A stretch of DNA of 64,000 nucleotides from Eledone cirrhosa. Its lineage: Eukaryota. Positions 29,240 to 42,843 of the stretch are shown one piece after another. Location of the stretch: positions 46,190,001 to 46,254,000 of the forward strand of contig OZ024753.1 of assembly GCA_964016885.1 (NCBI GenBank), given 5' to 3'. The first letter of the stretch is position 1; each line of letters starts with the position of its first letter. The position numbers and the translations under genes are program-made. Under the pieces are notes generated by a model. That model was not told the origin of the DNA and ran no database searches. It saw nothing but the letters and a program-made list of their open reading frames with translations.

Positions 29240-29653
29240 TACTTGGGGAGGGTCATATTTGTGTAATATTGCCAGAATTAATAACAGAACACACTCACTG
29301 TTTGGTTGGTTTTCGCTTCTCGCTGTCTTTTATATCTGCGATCTAACTTAATCGGTCCTCAATGTTGCCATTGACTGACCGACGGTCAAAAATAATGCAG
29401 ATACAATATAGACACATGTGTTTGTGTCTATATTGTATCTGCATTATTTTTGACCGTCGATCAGTCAATGGCAACATTGAGGACCGATTAAGTTAGATCG
29501 CAGATATAAAAGACAGCGAGAAGCGAAAACCAACCAAACAGTGAGTGTGTTCTGTTATTAATTCTGGCAATATTACACAAATATGACCCTCCCCAAGTAT
29601 AACAATATTTGTTTCGACACACGATTTCATATAAAAAACCTCGCTAAACTAAT
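29236..29653. mobile_element. Foldback element: 181-bp inverted arms, 6-nt loop, plus 50-bp outer segment
   Basis: 29236-29416 is the reverse complement of 29423-29603 with one mismatch seen; second copy at 57289-57506. Confidence 0.9.
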
Positions 29654-30174
29654 ATATATATAGTAATAATGATAAATTTGAAGACTAAAATCCAAAGAGG
29701 GCTCGATAAAGATAAATATATATCAAATATATAAGAACCGTAGAGCAAATATTTATTAAGATAACAGATTAAAGTTTAAGCAAAGAATCGCACATGTGTG
29801 TGTATGTATGCGTGTCTTAATATACATACGTCTGCGTATCTCTTTATTATCGTGCATATATACGTATACCTGTATATATATGCCAATCATTGTAAGTTTG
29901 AATCTAACTGACATGGAAAAACATATCTGAATAAGGGAAGTCCGAATCATCGTAGATTCAAATATGACAAAGAGAAAGAGAGAGAGAGCTAGGGAAAGAA
30001 ATAAGGTGCAACAGAAATGAAACATGGATTACAGGTTAAAATATAGTCTAGATAGACGAGAAACAAAACGAGGATGTAGTTTATGGAACACACAAATGAT
30101 TTAGAAGTCGACCTTAAGTAGGAGCAATAAAATTAAGAAAGGCATCAACGACGCAACATCATTTTGTATTCAGA

Positions 30175-30472
30175 ATTTTGAAAGTAAGTTTATAAGTATG
30201 AATTTTCAGTAGATTTTCGTAGTTGTCTCAGTGGCCTAGCGGTAGGTACTAGCGACGATGGAGATCCTGGTCTTGGGTTCAATCCTGGTCAAGAGGTACA
30301 TGTAAACTTTTTCAGTTTTTATTTTACAACCAATAGAAAAAAGCTGAAAAGGTTTACCAGGAACCCTATCTCCCGATCAGGATCACCACAGTCCATGATT
30401 CCTCCCACTTGGCCACCGAGACAACTACGAAAGTATAATGAAAATTAATAATTATAAACCTACTTTCAAAAT
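30175..30472. mobile_element. Diverged inverted repeat of about 300 bp with a tRNA-like head in each arm
   Basis: Left attttgaaagtaagtttataag...tttcgtagttgtctcagtggcctagcggtagg...gggttcaatcc; right arm reverse complement attttgaaagtaggtttataat...tttcgtagttgtctcggtggccaagtgggagg. Confidence 0.8.
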
Positions 30473-30866
30473 CAAAGTTCAAAAGGTGTGATGTCACAGG
30501 ATATAGAGAAATAATAGTCGATATCAAACTACATAAATTTAAAATTATCTTTATTTTTAATATTGGTAAACCACTTAATGACTTCATCAGTATTTCTACT
30601 CTTAACATAACTCTGTGTATGTTTTATATATATGCATATAAATATATGTACATATATGCGTGTATATACATATTTACATATATATATATATATATATATG
30701 TGTGTGTATGTGTATGCGTGCGTGCGTGTTTGTGCGTGCAGATATATATGCGTATGTGTGTATAAATCTACATACGCATGTGTGGTTTTGTATGCATTTG
30801 ATTCGAATAGAGTTACTTCCTATTTGTGTTATATACATATATATATATGTACATTTATATGTGTGT

Positions 30867-30956
<90 letters not shown>

Positions 30957-31219
30957 ACCACTATATCTATGTGAGTGTGACAGATGTTTATTTTTTTAAG
31001 GAGCAGGAAATCCCATAAAAGTCCCACTGATTTTTAAGTATTCTGTTTTCTCTCCAACATGGATCATTCCCCACTTTACATCGAACCAAGAGGAATATAT
31101 AATCTACTTGTCTTTGCGCTTATTTGCATACAAGTGATGCACTATCATGTCTGGGAATATCGCTCTTTCTCATTCTCTCTCTCTCTGCTTATATATATAA
31201 GGAAGATTATGTTGCTATA

Positions 31220-31307
31220 TATATATGCCTCTACATATATATGAATGCCTATATATATATATATATATATATATATAGGCATTCATATATATGTAGAGGC
31301 ATATATA
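31220..31307. repeat. Perfect 88-bp palindrome centred on (TA)14
   Basis: gcctctacatatatatgaatgcc-(TA)14-ggcattcatatatatgtagaggc with matching TA flanks. Confidence 0.92.
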
Positions 31308-31785
31308 CATATATATATGGAAAGAGAGAGAGAGGCACACACACATACACACGCTTATGTATGTGTGTATTTGATTGTGAATGTCTGTACACGCGTTAGT
31401 GAGTGTATGCATGTGAGTGTGTGTGTTTGAATTACATACTCTTTCTACAAAGTAGTATTTCCTTGCGTGAAAACATGTTTATTTCACTGGAAATGTGGCA
31501 AATTACAAGAAATGGTGAGAATATATGTTAATATGTAATATATATATATACATATGTATGCCTATGTTGGTTTGTGTGGGCATGCGTGTGTGTGTGTTAT
31601 AGTGTGTGTGTGTCTTATATTGAAAACGTGATGGTGCCCCAGCTGTGAAATTTATATTATGGATATTTCCATATGAGTTCTTTATATTTAATTTGGAACA
31701 GTAGCATTCCTAAATCCATTTGTCTTTTAGCGTATCGAAAAGCAAGTGTAATATTAGTAATATTTGGTCATAAAGAATCATGTGA

Positions 31786-31845
<60 letters not shown>

Positions 31846-31847
<2 letters not shown>

Positions 31848-31899
31848 CTCTTTTACCTGTTTCAGCCATCCGGCTGAGGCCATGCTGGGGCACCGCCCT

Positions 31900-31901
<2 letters not shown>
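31846..31901 (-). mobile_element. Short retroposon 3'-tail fragment inserted in (TA)n
   Basis: Reverse complement caagggcggtgccccagcatggcctcagccggatggctgaaacaggtaaaagagta; one mismatch to 57736-57791. Confidence 0.8.
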
Positions 31902-31944
<43 letters not shown>

Positions 31945-32009
31945 TGGGGGCGAAGTTACTGAGTGCGCGTGCGTAGAAACGACTGCAAATCAGCAAGTAA
32001 TACTAGTTA

Positions 32010-32110
32010 AATGTCAGAATCGTTCGGGCGAAAGGAAACATACCCTGCGGTGTTTTATCCGGCTTTTTGCCTCCCGAGTTCTTGTCACTTGCTAGACTTA
32101 ATTCCTTGCT
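32010..32110 (+). mobile_element. Degenerate SINE family 1 head
   Basis: cagaatcgtt...gcggtgttttatccggc...gagttc resembles the 5' part of the 11886 and 44322 copies. Confidence 0.4.
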
Positions 32111-35100
32111 CAGTTTAACAACAACACCTAATACTTCAGTGTATTTATCGGAGACTATTACACTGCGAGCTTTCGGACCAGGTTTCCGTTCTTAGGAAAT
32201 ATTTCTCCGTCACTCTTCCTCCTAATTGCAGTGGTTCTGAAAAAAAATCTTTGTCTGTGCTCTTTAGTTAAACTCTACCGACAAAAACATCTTATTAATT
32301 ACCGTTGAGGAACATTGACAGAAATACTACAGCAGCAAGTTTGATATATAATTGAAATATAGTTTTGTTTTTTTGTACAGGATGATAGATTAGGATGGTG
32401 TGAGGAGAGATAAGTCGCTGCAAGAGACTATAGACTAGAAAATGAAACATTGTGTAACAGATTGTTCATATGAGAATCACGATTATGACGAAAGAAATAT
32501 CGATGAAGGTAATATTTATTCAATTCTTATTGTCTGTAAATATCGAGTTTTAAATTTAATGTCTCCATTTCCTTTTGGCAATGACATTGTTCTGTTGTAT
32601 AATGTCGTGTCTACAACTGTGAGGAAGTGTATACGTGATATGTCATATACTTCTCCTCACCCATACGTTAAGTTGAGATAAGTGTCTTTTGTGTTTTAAA
32701 CGTTTTTTGCAATTGATGATTCGTGAAGTGAACGTTTCCGAGATCCATATTTTATTATCAAGAAACAAAAATGAAAGCTAACACTACAAGCAAATGTGTC
32801 ATTCGTATTTCCTTTAACCTTAGCATGTCAATAATACTTGCTAAAATGCTTATCGCTTCCTGAAAAACTTTGCTGAAAATCTGAAACGTTGAGCATGCTG
32901 ATTACATGTGATTGCTAAATGTGACACAACATCGTATATTACATCACCACATGATGGTGTTAAATTTGTAACATGTAGCAAATAGAGGAGACTTGATATC
33001 GCATAATTTATAAAATATTCCTAAATAATTGGTATACATACACAAATGGAAATCAGTATTATATATTTTACTTCCATATCCGTCTATACTGGATCTTAAA
33101 ACTGGTTTTAAAAAGCTATCACTCTATGAGGTGTTATGTATTTTCAAACACCTTGACATATGTCGCATTCGAGACATTGACGTCACCATAGAAGTGACAG
33201 AAAGGAATGTGGGGAATTTAAGAATGTAAGCGGCTATTATCATCAACAGGAAAAAGCCACAAATAAATAATAGATTAGAAATGCTCAGAGCAGTTTGGCC
33301 TCTATAACGGCATGCACATTTAAGACATTTAGACCAGTTAGGGAAGAATACATCAATCTGTACTTTTAGATTGAACCGTTTTCCTTGAAATATTATGTTG
33401 AAATATACTGGCTAAAAACATTATTTTGTTTTATTTTATTTGACATTTATCCTTTATATATTTCTACCATATTCTACTGACTTTCTGAAATTCATCAGTC
33501 ATTTATTACACATCCCACAGTGCTTCATATTAACTATACTACTTTATTAACAACTAAATATTTATCTCTCTATATCTCCCCTTTTTTTCCCCCTTCTACA
33601 ATTTTTTTGTTTCTTATGATTATTTTTCTTTCGTCCCACCTCTCACATTCTCGCTTTTGTTCCTCATTTAGATGAAGTGTCAGTTTGTCATGGCTTACTA
33701 AATATATGCCGACATTTAAGTTGATTAGATAAACAAGCACACAGATATCTCCGGTAACATTACACAACTACTCTCACCTTCAAACATTATGTACTCCTTA
33801 AATGATATTTTCCTATTCATACCTAAGATTTAAAAAATGAAATAAGAGAAACAACACAATTGTTGTTTCAGCAAAGCAAATATCGTATATGAAACTGCAC
33901 GCTTCTGTCTTTTCAGAGATCTCTTGCCAGAATAATTTAATACGAATTACAATAATCGTTGGATTGAAATGTGTATGTTTGCTGCCTTTAGGAATAGATT
34001 TATACAGTTTGCTTCTTCAGTCGATATAAAATAATTGTGATGGAGAATGTGTTTTTATTGAGTCCGCATTAAATTCGAAATTTAGATGAAATTGTAAATT
34101 GGATACGTTCGTTCCCTCTGATATTACGTGAGGTAATATTTCGAACAAAGCAATACACACTCTGATGACTTGCATGCTGAAATACACATAGTGCCTTTCA
34201 GCTCTCCAAGGAATCGATTCCGTTTAGACTTCCAGTAATCGATATCTGAAGGTCTTCAATTTTCATTATATACTCATTTAGTGTGGCTCCAGGGAATCGG
34301 ATGTTTCCAAGAAGGTTCGAGTGTGTTTAGAGTGGAAATGGGTTAAATTTCTTACAACTGTTAGGCAGCAATTGTAAGAAATAACATCATTAGTGAAACT
34401 TATATTAGGAATTGGTTTGTTTTGAGTTATTAACTCAAGTCTCTCGTTGTTCAATGATAGGATGAGAATGTAGTCGAGGTTAAACGAGCACAGTTGTTTA
34501 TTTTGTCTTGATTTCCAACAGGATAAACACTCTACTACTATGTCCTTACAATTTGTGCCATATTCCTCACTGAGACACGACATACAAAACATTTTGAAAC
34601 AAAAACGAACGTATTACATATGGTGTTTTTTCTTCTCTATTGCTTCTTAACAGCCCTTAAAATAATACAGTTTAAAATGTTACAGTCAGAACGCTTCCAA
34701 AATTTCCCATTACGTTAATATAAATAATAGAAAATTAGTCTATCTTTAGCATTTATTGGCGGGGTGGTGTTCACGACAAGGGTACCAAGAAATTATTCTA
34801 ACTAGTTTAGTAGGTTGCTCTTTAGAGACTTTTCTCGGTAAGGTGTGAGCTACGAGATCAATATAGGCCCCGACTTACGTAAATAAAACACATATCTTCA
34901 GAAACTATCGTGCTACGAATGGATTATAAACATTATACTTGACATGAGATGTAGTAGATTATATTATATTACAGTTTTACAGAGGGTTAACCTTATTTTA
35001 TGATTGTGTGTATTACCGAGTACATATTTCCAATATGTATATCTACCCACTCCTTTTGATCACTCTATTATCAGATGGCTAATTCTTTGATATACCCACA

Positions 35101-36470
35101 TTCTCCTTGATTTAATTCGTACGTGCGTTTAAGATAAGACACTCATACAGGCACCAATATCTTAGTGGTTATAGTAGTTAATATGCTAGTTAATATTCAT
35201 TAGTAAACAGATTACTCTAATGATCCAAACAATTGATAGTCTTAATAATCAATTTGACGCAATAAGTTGAAATATTTCTGAGTAATAAACAATATATGGT
35301 GAAGATGATACTGTTCTTATATAAACAAAGAAAGAATCATGTTGGATACTGTTGTAAATATCGAGTTATCTTTAGACCGTTGAACTTGTCCAAACTATTG
35401 CGATAAATTAGGCTATATTAAATGTGTTCATAAATCAAATGCTTCTGTCAAACCAGGCGACCAGCGATGAGCACACAAGCAACAAATTCTTTAAGAATAA
35501 TGTTTATTTCTATAAATTTCGAATTCTGGAAATTTACGGTGAAGAGTTGTTATTCATTTTGGAAGAAAGAAGGTTTTCTCTAATCTCATATTGAGTAACA
35601 ACTTCGTAAATATTCTATTACTGTGATTTCCCTTTCATTTAAACTTATACAGATTTCAGAATATAGATTATTATATGAATAAATATATAGAAGAAATAGA
35701 AAAACTAAATTGAGCAATCCTAATCATTTTTAAAAATTGCCAAAACTAATACCTAACGTGGAATAATACAACAATGAACAATCTTATCGTAAATATATAT
35801 ATACAATTTAGATATGTACGTTCATATTTTAAATTAAATACATATTTTACTTGTAAAACGTCAGGAAAGAGTGAACGGGGATTTATTTACATATTTTTAC
35901 AAATGTTTTACATTTCATTAACATTCTGAAAGCCAAATGTGTCTGCTGTGATTTTGAAAAGAAGACTATTTTGATATTCTATGAAATTAAATTACGTAAG
36001 CTTTGAAGGTATACTCAGGAATTCTATGCACATATATATATATATATACATATATATACATATATATGTGTGTGTGTGTGTGTGTGTATACATACATACA
36101 TATGTGTATGTATATATAATTATATATATATATATATATTTATTTATTTATATTTGTATGTATGTAGGTATGTGTATATGCACACACATATATCCCCCCC
36201 CACACACACACACACATATATAATGATGATGTTGATATACATATATGGGTGACTGGAAAATTATTCTGTAGTTTCAAAGTATTTTGAGGTCAAAGTGACA
36301 AAATTGGTAAATGAGTCCATGGAGAACATTAGCAAGGACTTTGTAAGTTCATATCTGTGTGTAGTCATTCGATTTGCTAGAGATAGCAGCCACATTTCCC
36401 TTAAATATTGAATTAATAATGTAGTTTGAAAGCAAGACATGTCAAAAGATGAGATGTCGATCTTTGGATA

Positions 36471-36637
36471 AATAATGGTTTCTGATTTAGGCACAAGGCC
36501 AGCAATATGAAGGGGAGGGGAAAGTCAATTAAATCAACATCAGTTAATTACTGGTACTTTATTTTATCGACCCCCTAAAGATGAAAAGTAAAGCCAACCT
36601 CGGCTGGATTTGAACTCAGAACGTAAAGGGCTGTAAC
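36471..36637 (-). mobile_element. tRNA-derived SINE family 1, full-tail variant, 5'-truncated
   Basis: aatggtttctgatttaggcacaaggccagcaat...ctggtactttattttatcgacccc...ggatttgaactcagaacgtaaagg. Confidence 0.9.
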
Positions 36638-36849
36638 TCTGTGCGAGAGAATTAAAATGAATCGGGGGGAAAAGATGAGATAAGAACTTCAGAGAGAGAG
36701 GGAAGGAGTAAGAGAGAGAGAGAGGAGGCAGAAAGACAGAGAACGAGATAGAGAGTGGTTGAGTGCGAGAGAGATAGAATGAAAGAGAGAGAAAGAGAGA
36801 AAGTAAGAGAGTGTGGATAAGTATGAGAGAAAGAAAGAGAAACAGAAAG

Positions 36850-37065
36850 CGAGAGAGAGAGGGGGGGGAGACAACAGTGAGAGAGGGGGAAGACAACAGT
36901 GAGAGAGGGGGAAGACAACTGTGAGAGAGGAAGAGAGAGAGTGAGAGAGGGGGAAGACAACAGTGAGAGAGAGTGAGTGAGAGAGGGGTAAGACAACAAC
37001 GAGAGAGAGGGAGGGAAGACAACAGTGAGAGACAGAGTGAGTGAGAGAGGGAGAAGACAAGAACG
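36850..37065. repeat. GA-rich minisatellite of about 22 bp
   Basis: Unit gagagagggggaagacaacagt, about 7 imperfect copies inside a (GA)n tract. Confidence 0.8.
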
Positions 37066-37890
37066 AGAGAGAGAGAATGAGAGAGTGAAATATTTACAGT
37101 TTACAGCGGAATGTGAAGATGTTGCAATAATATGCCTTACAAGATATTTGAAAGTTCACGAGGAAGGACAATGATATAAGATATGGCCTGCAGTGGATTA
37201 CAGCAAACATAACAATAAAGCAATTTATTAGTTATTTTGTTATGTTTATACTTCTTTAAAGTTCTTCTATGTTATATATTAACAAAACATCTATTTAAAC
37301 CAAATTATTGGTAAAAAGAAGTCAACTAATGTTGGTTCTTGTTAGACAGAGGCACGTTAAGACACAATAAATATAGTTAATGAAACTCTTCTATTACAAT
37401 TATTTATGATATATATAGAAATATAGAAGGTCTTATACCTAATGATAACATAAAGTGTGATATCCAATAAATGTTATCTTCTTTACTTTACGTTACAAGC
37501 AATTTCAGGTAAAATATCTTTCTCAAAGAATTTATAAAATCTTGTATATTTATATAATTGTCGATTATCTCCCCCCACCCCTCACTTTCAAAGCGAGGAA
37601 AGTTGCAGACTACATTCGTGGATGAGGCCTTAATAAGACGAAACCATGTGTGGAATTATCTTTCTTACATACTGAAATATATAACATAGATTTCTAATAA
37701 AACTTCTGTCTATAAAAACTCCGATACATCGATTTGTATATTATAACAAATTTCTCAGTGTTAGATCAATTAATATTATTCGTGCGTTAAAAGAAATTTT
37801 TCTCAAACCTTTGTTTTATTGTAAATTATATTTTTGTTCTGGCTGATATTTTTTTCATAAACAGTTGTTTACAGCTGTCTATTGTATAGT

Positions 37891-38080
37891 GAAAGAGAGA
37901 GGAAGAAAGAGATATAGAGGAAGAATCGACCCTAGTACTAAAAGGTACCAGTCTAGTCCTAGGGTTGGTTCTTCTCTAAATCTCTTCCTCTCTCTCATTT
38001 TCAATCCTTCTCTGGGGGAAAGTCTGCTGTGTTCAGACGTAGAGAGGAGATGGACTCCACCAGGATTAAAATCTCCAGCC
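37891..38080. mobile_element. Two oppositely oriented fragments of the alternative SINE tail
   Basis: 37950-38075 is an inverted homolog of 18515-18655; 37895-37940 is an imperfect reverse complement of 37953-37995. Confidence 0.7.
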
Positions 38081-38241
38081 TTATGTCAATACGGAGTCCA
38101 TGTGACCCCTTTTAGAACCACGGGATTATACCATACCATGATGTAATATTATATTCTAGAGATACATTCTATAGTACAACAATGTATTACTAATTCAACA
38201 GTCATATATTCGTCATAAAGGATTTATAAGCAGTGCTTCTC

Positions 38242-38870
38242 TGTTCACATGACAGTCATAATTTCATTTATAACCAATCAAATTACATTTATTAAACAAA
38301 ACCCTTCGTGAGCCACTTTTTTTTAAAGTAAAAAGAAATTCAAACAAACTGACGCGAAAGCTGATGTGCTTATTCACGTGACTGCTTCAACCAACCAAAC
38401 TTTACTCATATATGAAAAAACAACCTGCCATATTCACTAAACCAGAACAATTCCCCCACCCCCATCCCATTTCTCTTGACCATTATCTTTTGTTTGTCAT
38501 AAAATGCTCTAAAGGGCTACAAAATAAATTCCCAAACACGGGTGCGAAATTTAATGAACTTGTTCACGTGACAGCCATAATTTCATTTATAACCAATCAA
38601 ATTACATTTATAAAAAAAAAAAGCCTTCGTGAGCCCTTTTTTTAAGTAAAAAGAAATTCAAACAAACTGGCGCGAAAGCTGATTGTGCTTATTCACGTAA
38701 CTGCATCAACCAACCAAACTTCACTCATATATGAAAAAACAACCTGAGCCCCCCCCCCCCCCCCCTGTTTGAAGAACTTTGTAACGCGAACTGGCGCGAA
38801 ATTTATTATACTTATTGAGCAACCAATCAAATTACTTCTCTAAAAACCTGGTGTTTCGAGCCACGTTTTT
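38242..38870. repeat. Direct duplication of an approximately 186-bp unit (period 319 bp) plus a partial third copy
   Basis: 38242-38427 matches 38561-38746; recurring GCGAAA, CACGTG and AACCAATCA motifs. Confidence 0.88.
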
Positions 38871-39081
38871 CCATATAAAACAAGTAACATTCAAAGACCA
38901 ACCAGATGTGAGAAAACCCACAGACCCTCCATCTCAACTCTACTTTTGAAAAGCAGAAGAACTGCGAAACCGGTAAAGGAACCAAATAAATATATATATT
39001 TTCGATTTCATATTTTTTTCTTTATACTTTCACTCGTGTAGGACACCTCGGTTATTTTTCATTTTGTAAAAAAAACCTCAC

Positions 39082-39667
<586 letters not shown>

Positions 39668-39782
39668 ATGTATATACATACAACATAAGTCGTTCTGCGT
39701 TATGTGTGCAGGTGCCGAGATCATGTGTGAAAAAACGTACAAACACACACATACATACATATATATGTACATATATGCATAG

Positions 39783-39831
<49 letters not shown>

Positions 39832-39994
39832 GATAGATAGCTAGACAAACAGAGGTGTGAGTGTTGATGTGTATTTATGCAGAAGAAAGACATCAGGAAG
39901 CAGAGCTAGTTGGTGTGAAATACGTGTGGGTGTGAGTATACATATAGTTGTAAGCACTCGCACAATATACATACACTAATACAGTCATATATAT

Positions 39995-40030
<36 letters not shown>

Positions 40031-40356
40031 CAGACAAATATCCGCAATTGTTCGTCTTACATCTCCATGTGGTTGACTGGAAAGTTTACAAAGTTATGTT
40101 AATAACGTTTTTGTTTTTATATTTTCAGATATTTTTTATGCATTATAAAAAACGTCTCATTGGACATTGCAACGCAAAGATGCATCAAATCAAATAACTT
40201 ACATGTATATATATGTGTGTGTGTGCGTGTGTGAAAGTGTATCGATTGATGGTGCATCTATATGTGAACATAATTTCTGAACACGTCTAAATCACAAGAG
40301 TAGAATTCCACTCATACGTGATCAAAGAATTTATACACACAAGCCCTTACACCCAC

Positions 40357-40357
<1 letters not shown>

Positions 40358-40408
<51 letters not shown>

Positions 40409-40517
40409 AACATATATATGCATATATATATATATATATATATATATACAAACATATATATATATATATATACAAACATATATATGCATATATATATATA
40501 TGCATATATATATATAT

Positions 40518-40557
<40 letters not shown>

Positions 40558-40797
40558 ATATATATATATATATATATATATATATCCATATATATATATA
40601 TATATATATATATCCATATATATATATCCATATATATATATCCATATATATATATCCATATATATATATCCATATATATATATCCATATATATATATCCA
40701 TATATATATATATATATCCATATATATATCCATATATATATATCCATATATATATATATATATATATATATCCATATATATATATATATATATATAT

Positions 40798-40877
<80 letters not shown>

Positions 40878-40901
40878 ATATATATATATATATATATATA
40901 T

Positions 40902-40945
<44 letters not shown>

Positions 40946-40967
40946 ATATATATATATATATATATAT

Positions 40968-41010
<43 letters not shown>

Positions 41011-41219
41011 TCCATATATATATATCCATATATATATATATATATATATCCATATATATATATATATATATATCCATATATATATATATATATCCATATA
41101 TATATATATATATCCATATATATATATATATATATAAATATCCATATATATATATATATATATAGATATATATATATATATATATATAAATATCCATATA
41201 TATATATATATATAAATAT

Positions 41220-41256
<37 letters not shown>

Positions 41257-41257
41257 T

Positions 41258-41302
<45 letters not shown>

Positions 41303-41303
41303 T

Positions 41304-41340
<37 letters not shown>

Positions 41341-41341
41341 T

Positions 41342-41380
<39 letters not shown>

Positions 41381-41409
41381 TCCATATATATATATATATA
41401 TATAAATAT

Positions 41410-41469
<60 letters not shown>

Positions 41470-41515
41470 ATATATATATATATATATCCATATATATATA
41501 TATATATATATATAT

Positions 41516-41583
<68 letters not shown>

Positions 41584-41585
41584 CC

Positions 41586-41677
<92 letters not shown>

Positions 41678-41678
41678 A

Positions 41679-41748
<70 letters not shown>

Positions 41749-41758
41749 TATATGTATA

Positions 41759-41808
<50 letters not shown>

Positions 41809-41827
41809 TACATACATATATATATAT

Positions 41828-41858
<31 letters not shown>

Positions 41859-41920
41859 CATATATACATACATATACATATATACATATATACATATATT
41901 CATATATATATATGTACACA
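40358..41920. repeat. (TA)n-derived satellite of about 1.55 kb punctuated by CC (TATCCATA)
   Basis: Dozens of TATCCATA interruptions; TAAATATCCA variant concentrated at about 41005-41410. Confidence 0.95.
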
Positions 41921-42843
41921 TATACATATGTGTGTCTCTGCGAGCATTTGAGGCACAAAGCGAATGAGTTTAGTCATCATAAGTGATTATGCTACGTCCA
42001 CATTCACTAAAGCTATCAAATATAAAAATAAAAGAAAATTAAATTAATTCTTTAAAATCGCCACATTACCTATCACAATGCAATTCATCGTATAATTTCT
42101 CTTCAAACATTATTTATTTCATCTGCATATATTATTTTATTTTTTACTATTTTAGTTGTTTTTTTCTCCATATACTCAGCTCTACTTGAACTCTTTAAAT
42201 TGTCAAAGTGCATTTGATATCGGTTTCATCAATATTCCAATTAGTGCAGTAAGTTGTAAAGAAAAAAAAATACATTTCATTTTATATATTTATTTATTTA
42301 TTCGTCTATTTGAAATGTTATTCTTTGCTGGTTTTCCGAGTATTTCAAGTGGTACGGTAGTAAATGTAACCATAAGCTAGCTCGCTATGTTAGCTTTCAC
42401 ACTACTAGACGGCAGATATCATTCCAGAATGATAAAAGGGGAAAATAAATAAAATAGAAAAATACTAAAGAAAATAGGAATTGAAAGGAAGATTAAACAG
42501 CGTGTGTGTGTCAGTGTGTGGCTGCGTCAGTGTGTGGCTGTGTGTCGGTGTGTGTGGGTGAGGGAGAGAGAGAGAGAAATCATTGAAACAAAATTACTGA
42601 ATTCAACCATTTCAGGCGACAGCAACATGGAAATATATTGTTTGTGAATATGTATATGAATGGTTATATGCCTTGCATATATATGTATATATGTATATAT
42701 ATATGTGTGTGTGTATGTGTGAATGTGTGACTATACAAGAATAGCTTAATTCTAGAAGTCACTACTGAATACAGGAAGAGAATACATATTTTTAATTCTA
42801 ACGATTAGTGACATTCTATATAACGTCTCGTTCTTATATTAGT

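Noticed and set aside
34161-34190. Hammerhead-like CTGATGA...GAAA
   Set aside because: No proper helix II closing pair and no helix I or III complementarity
40312-41958. ORFs of more than 500 aa rich in Tyr and Ile (also at 55946-56707, 39059-39387 and many others)
   Set aside because: Translation of (TA)n, which has no stop codon
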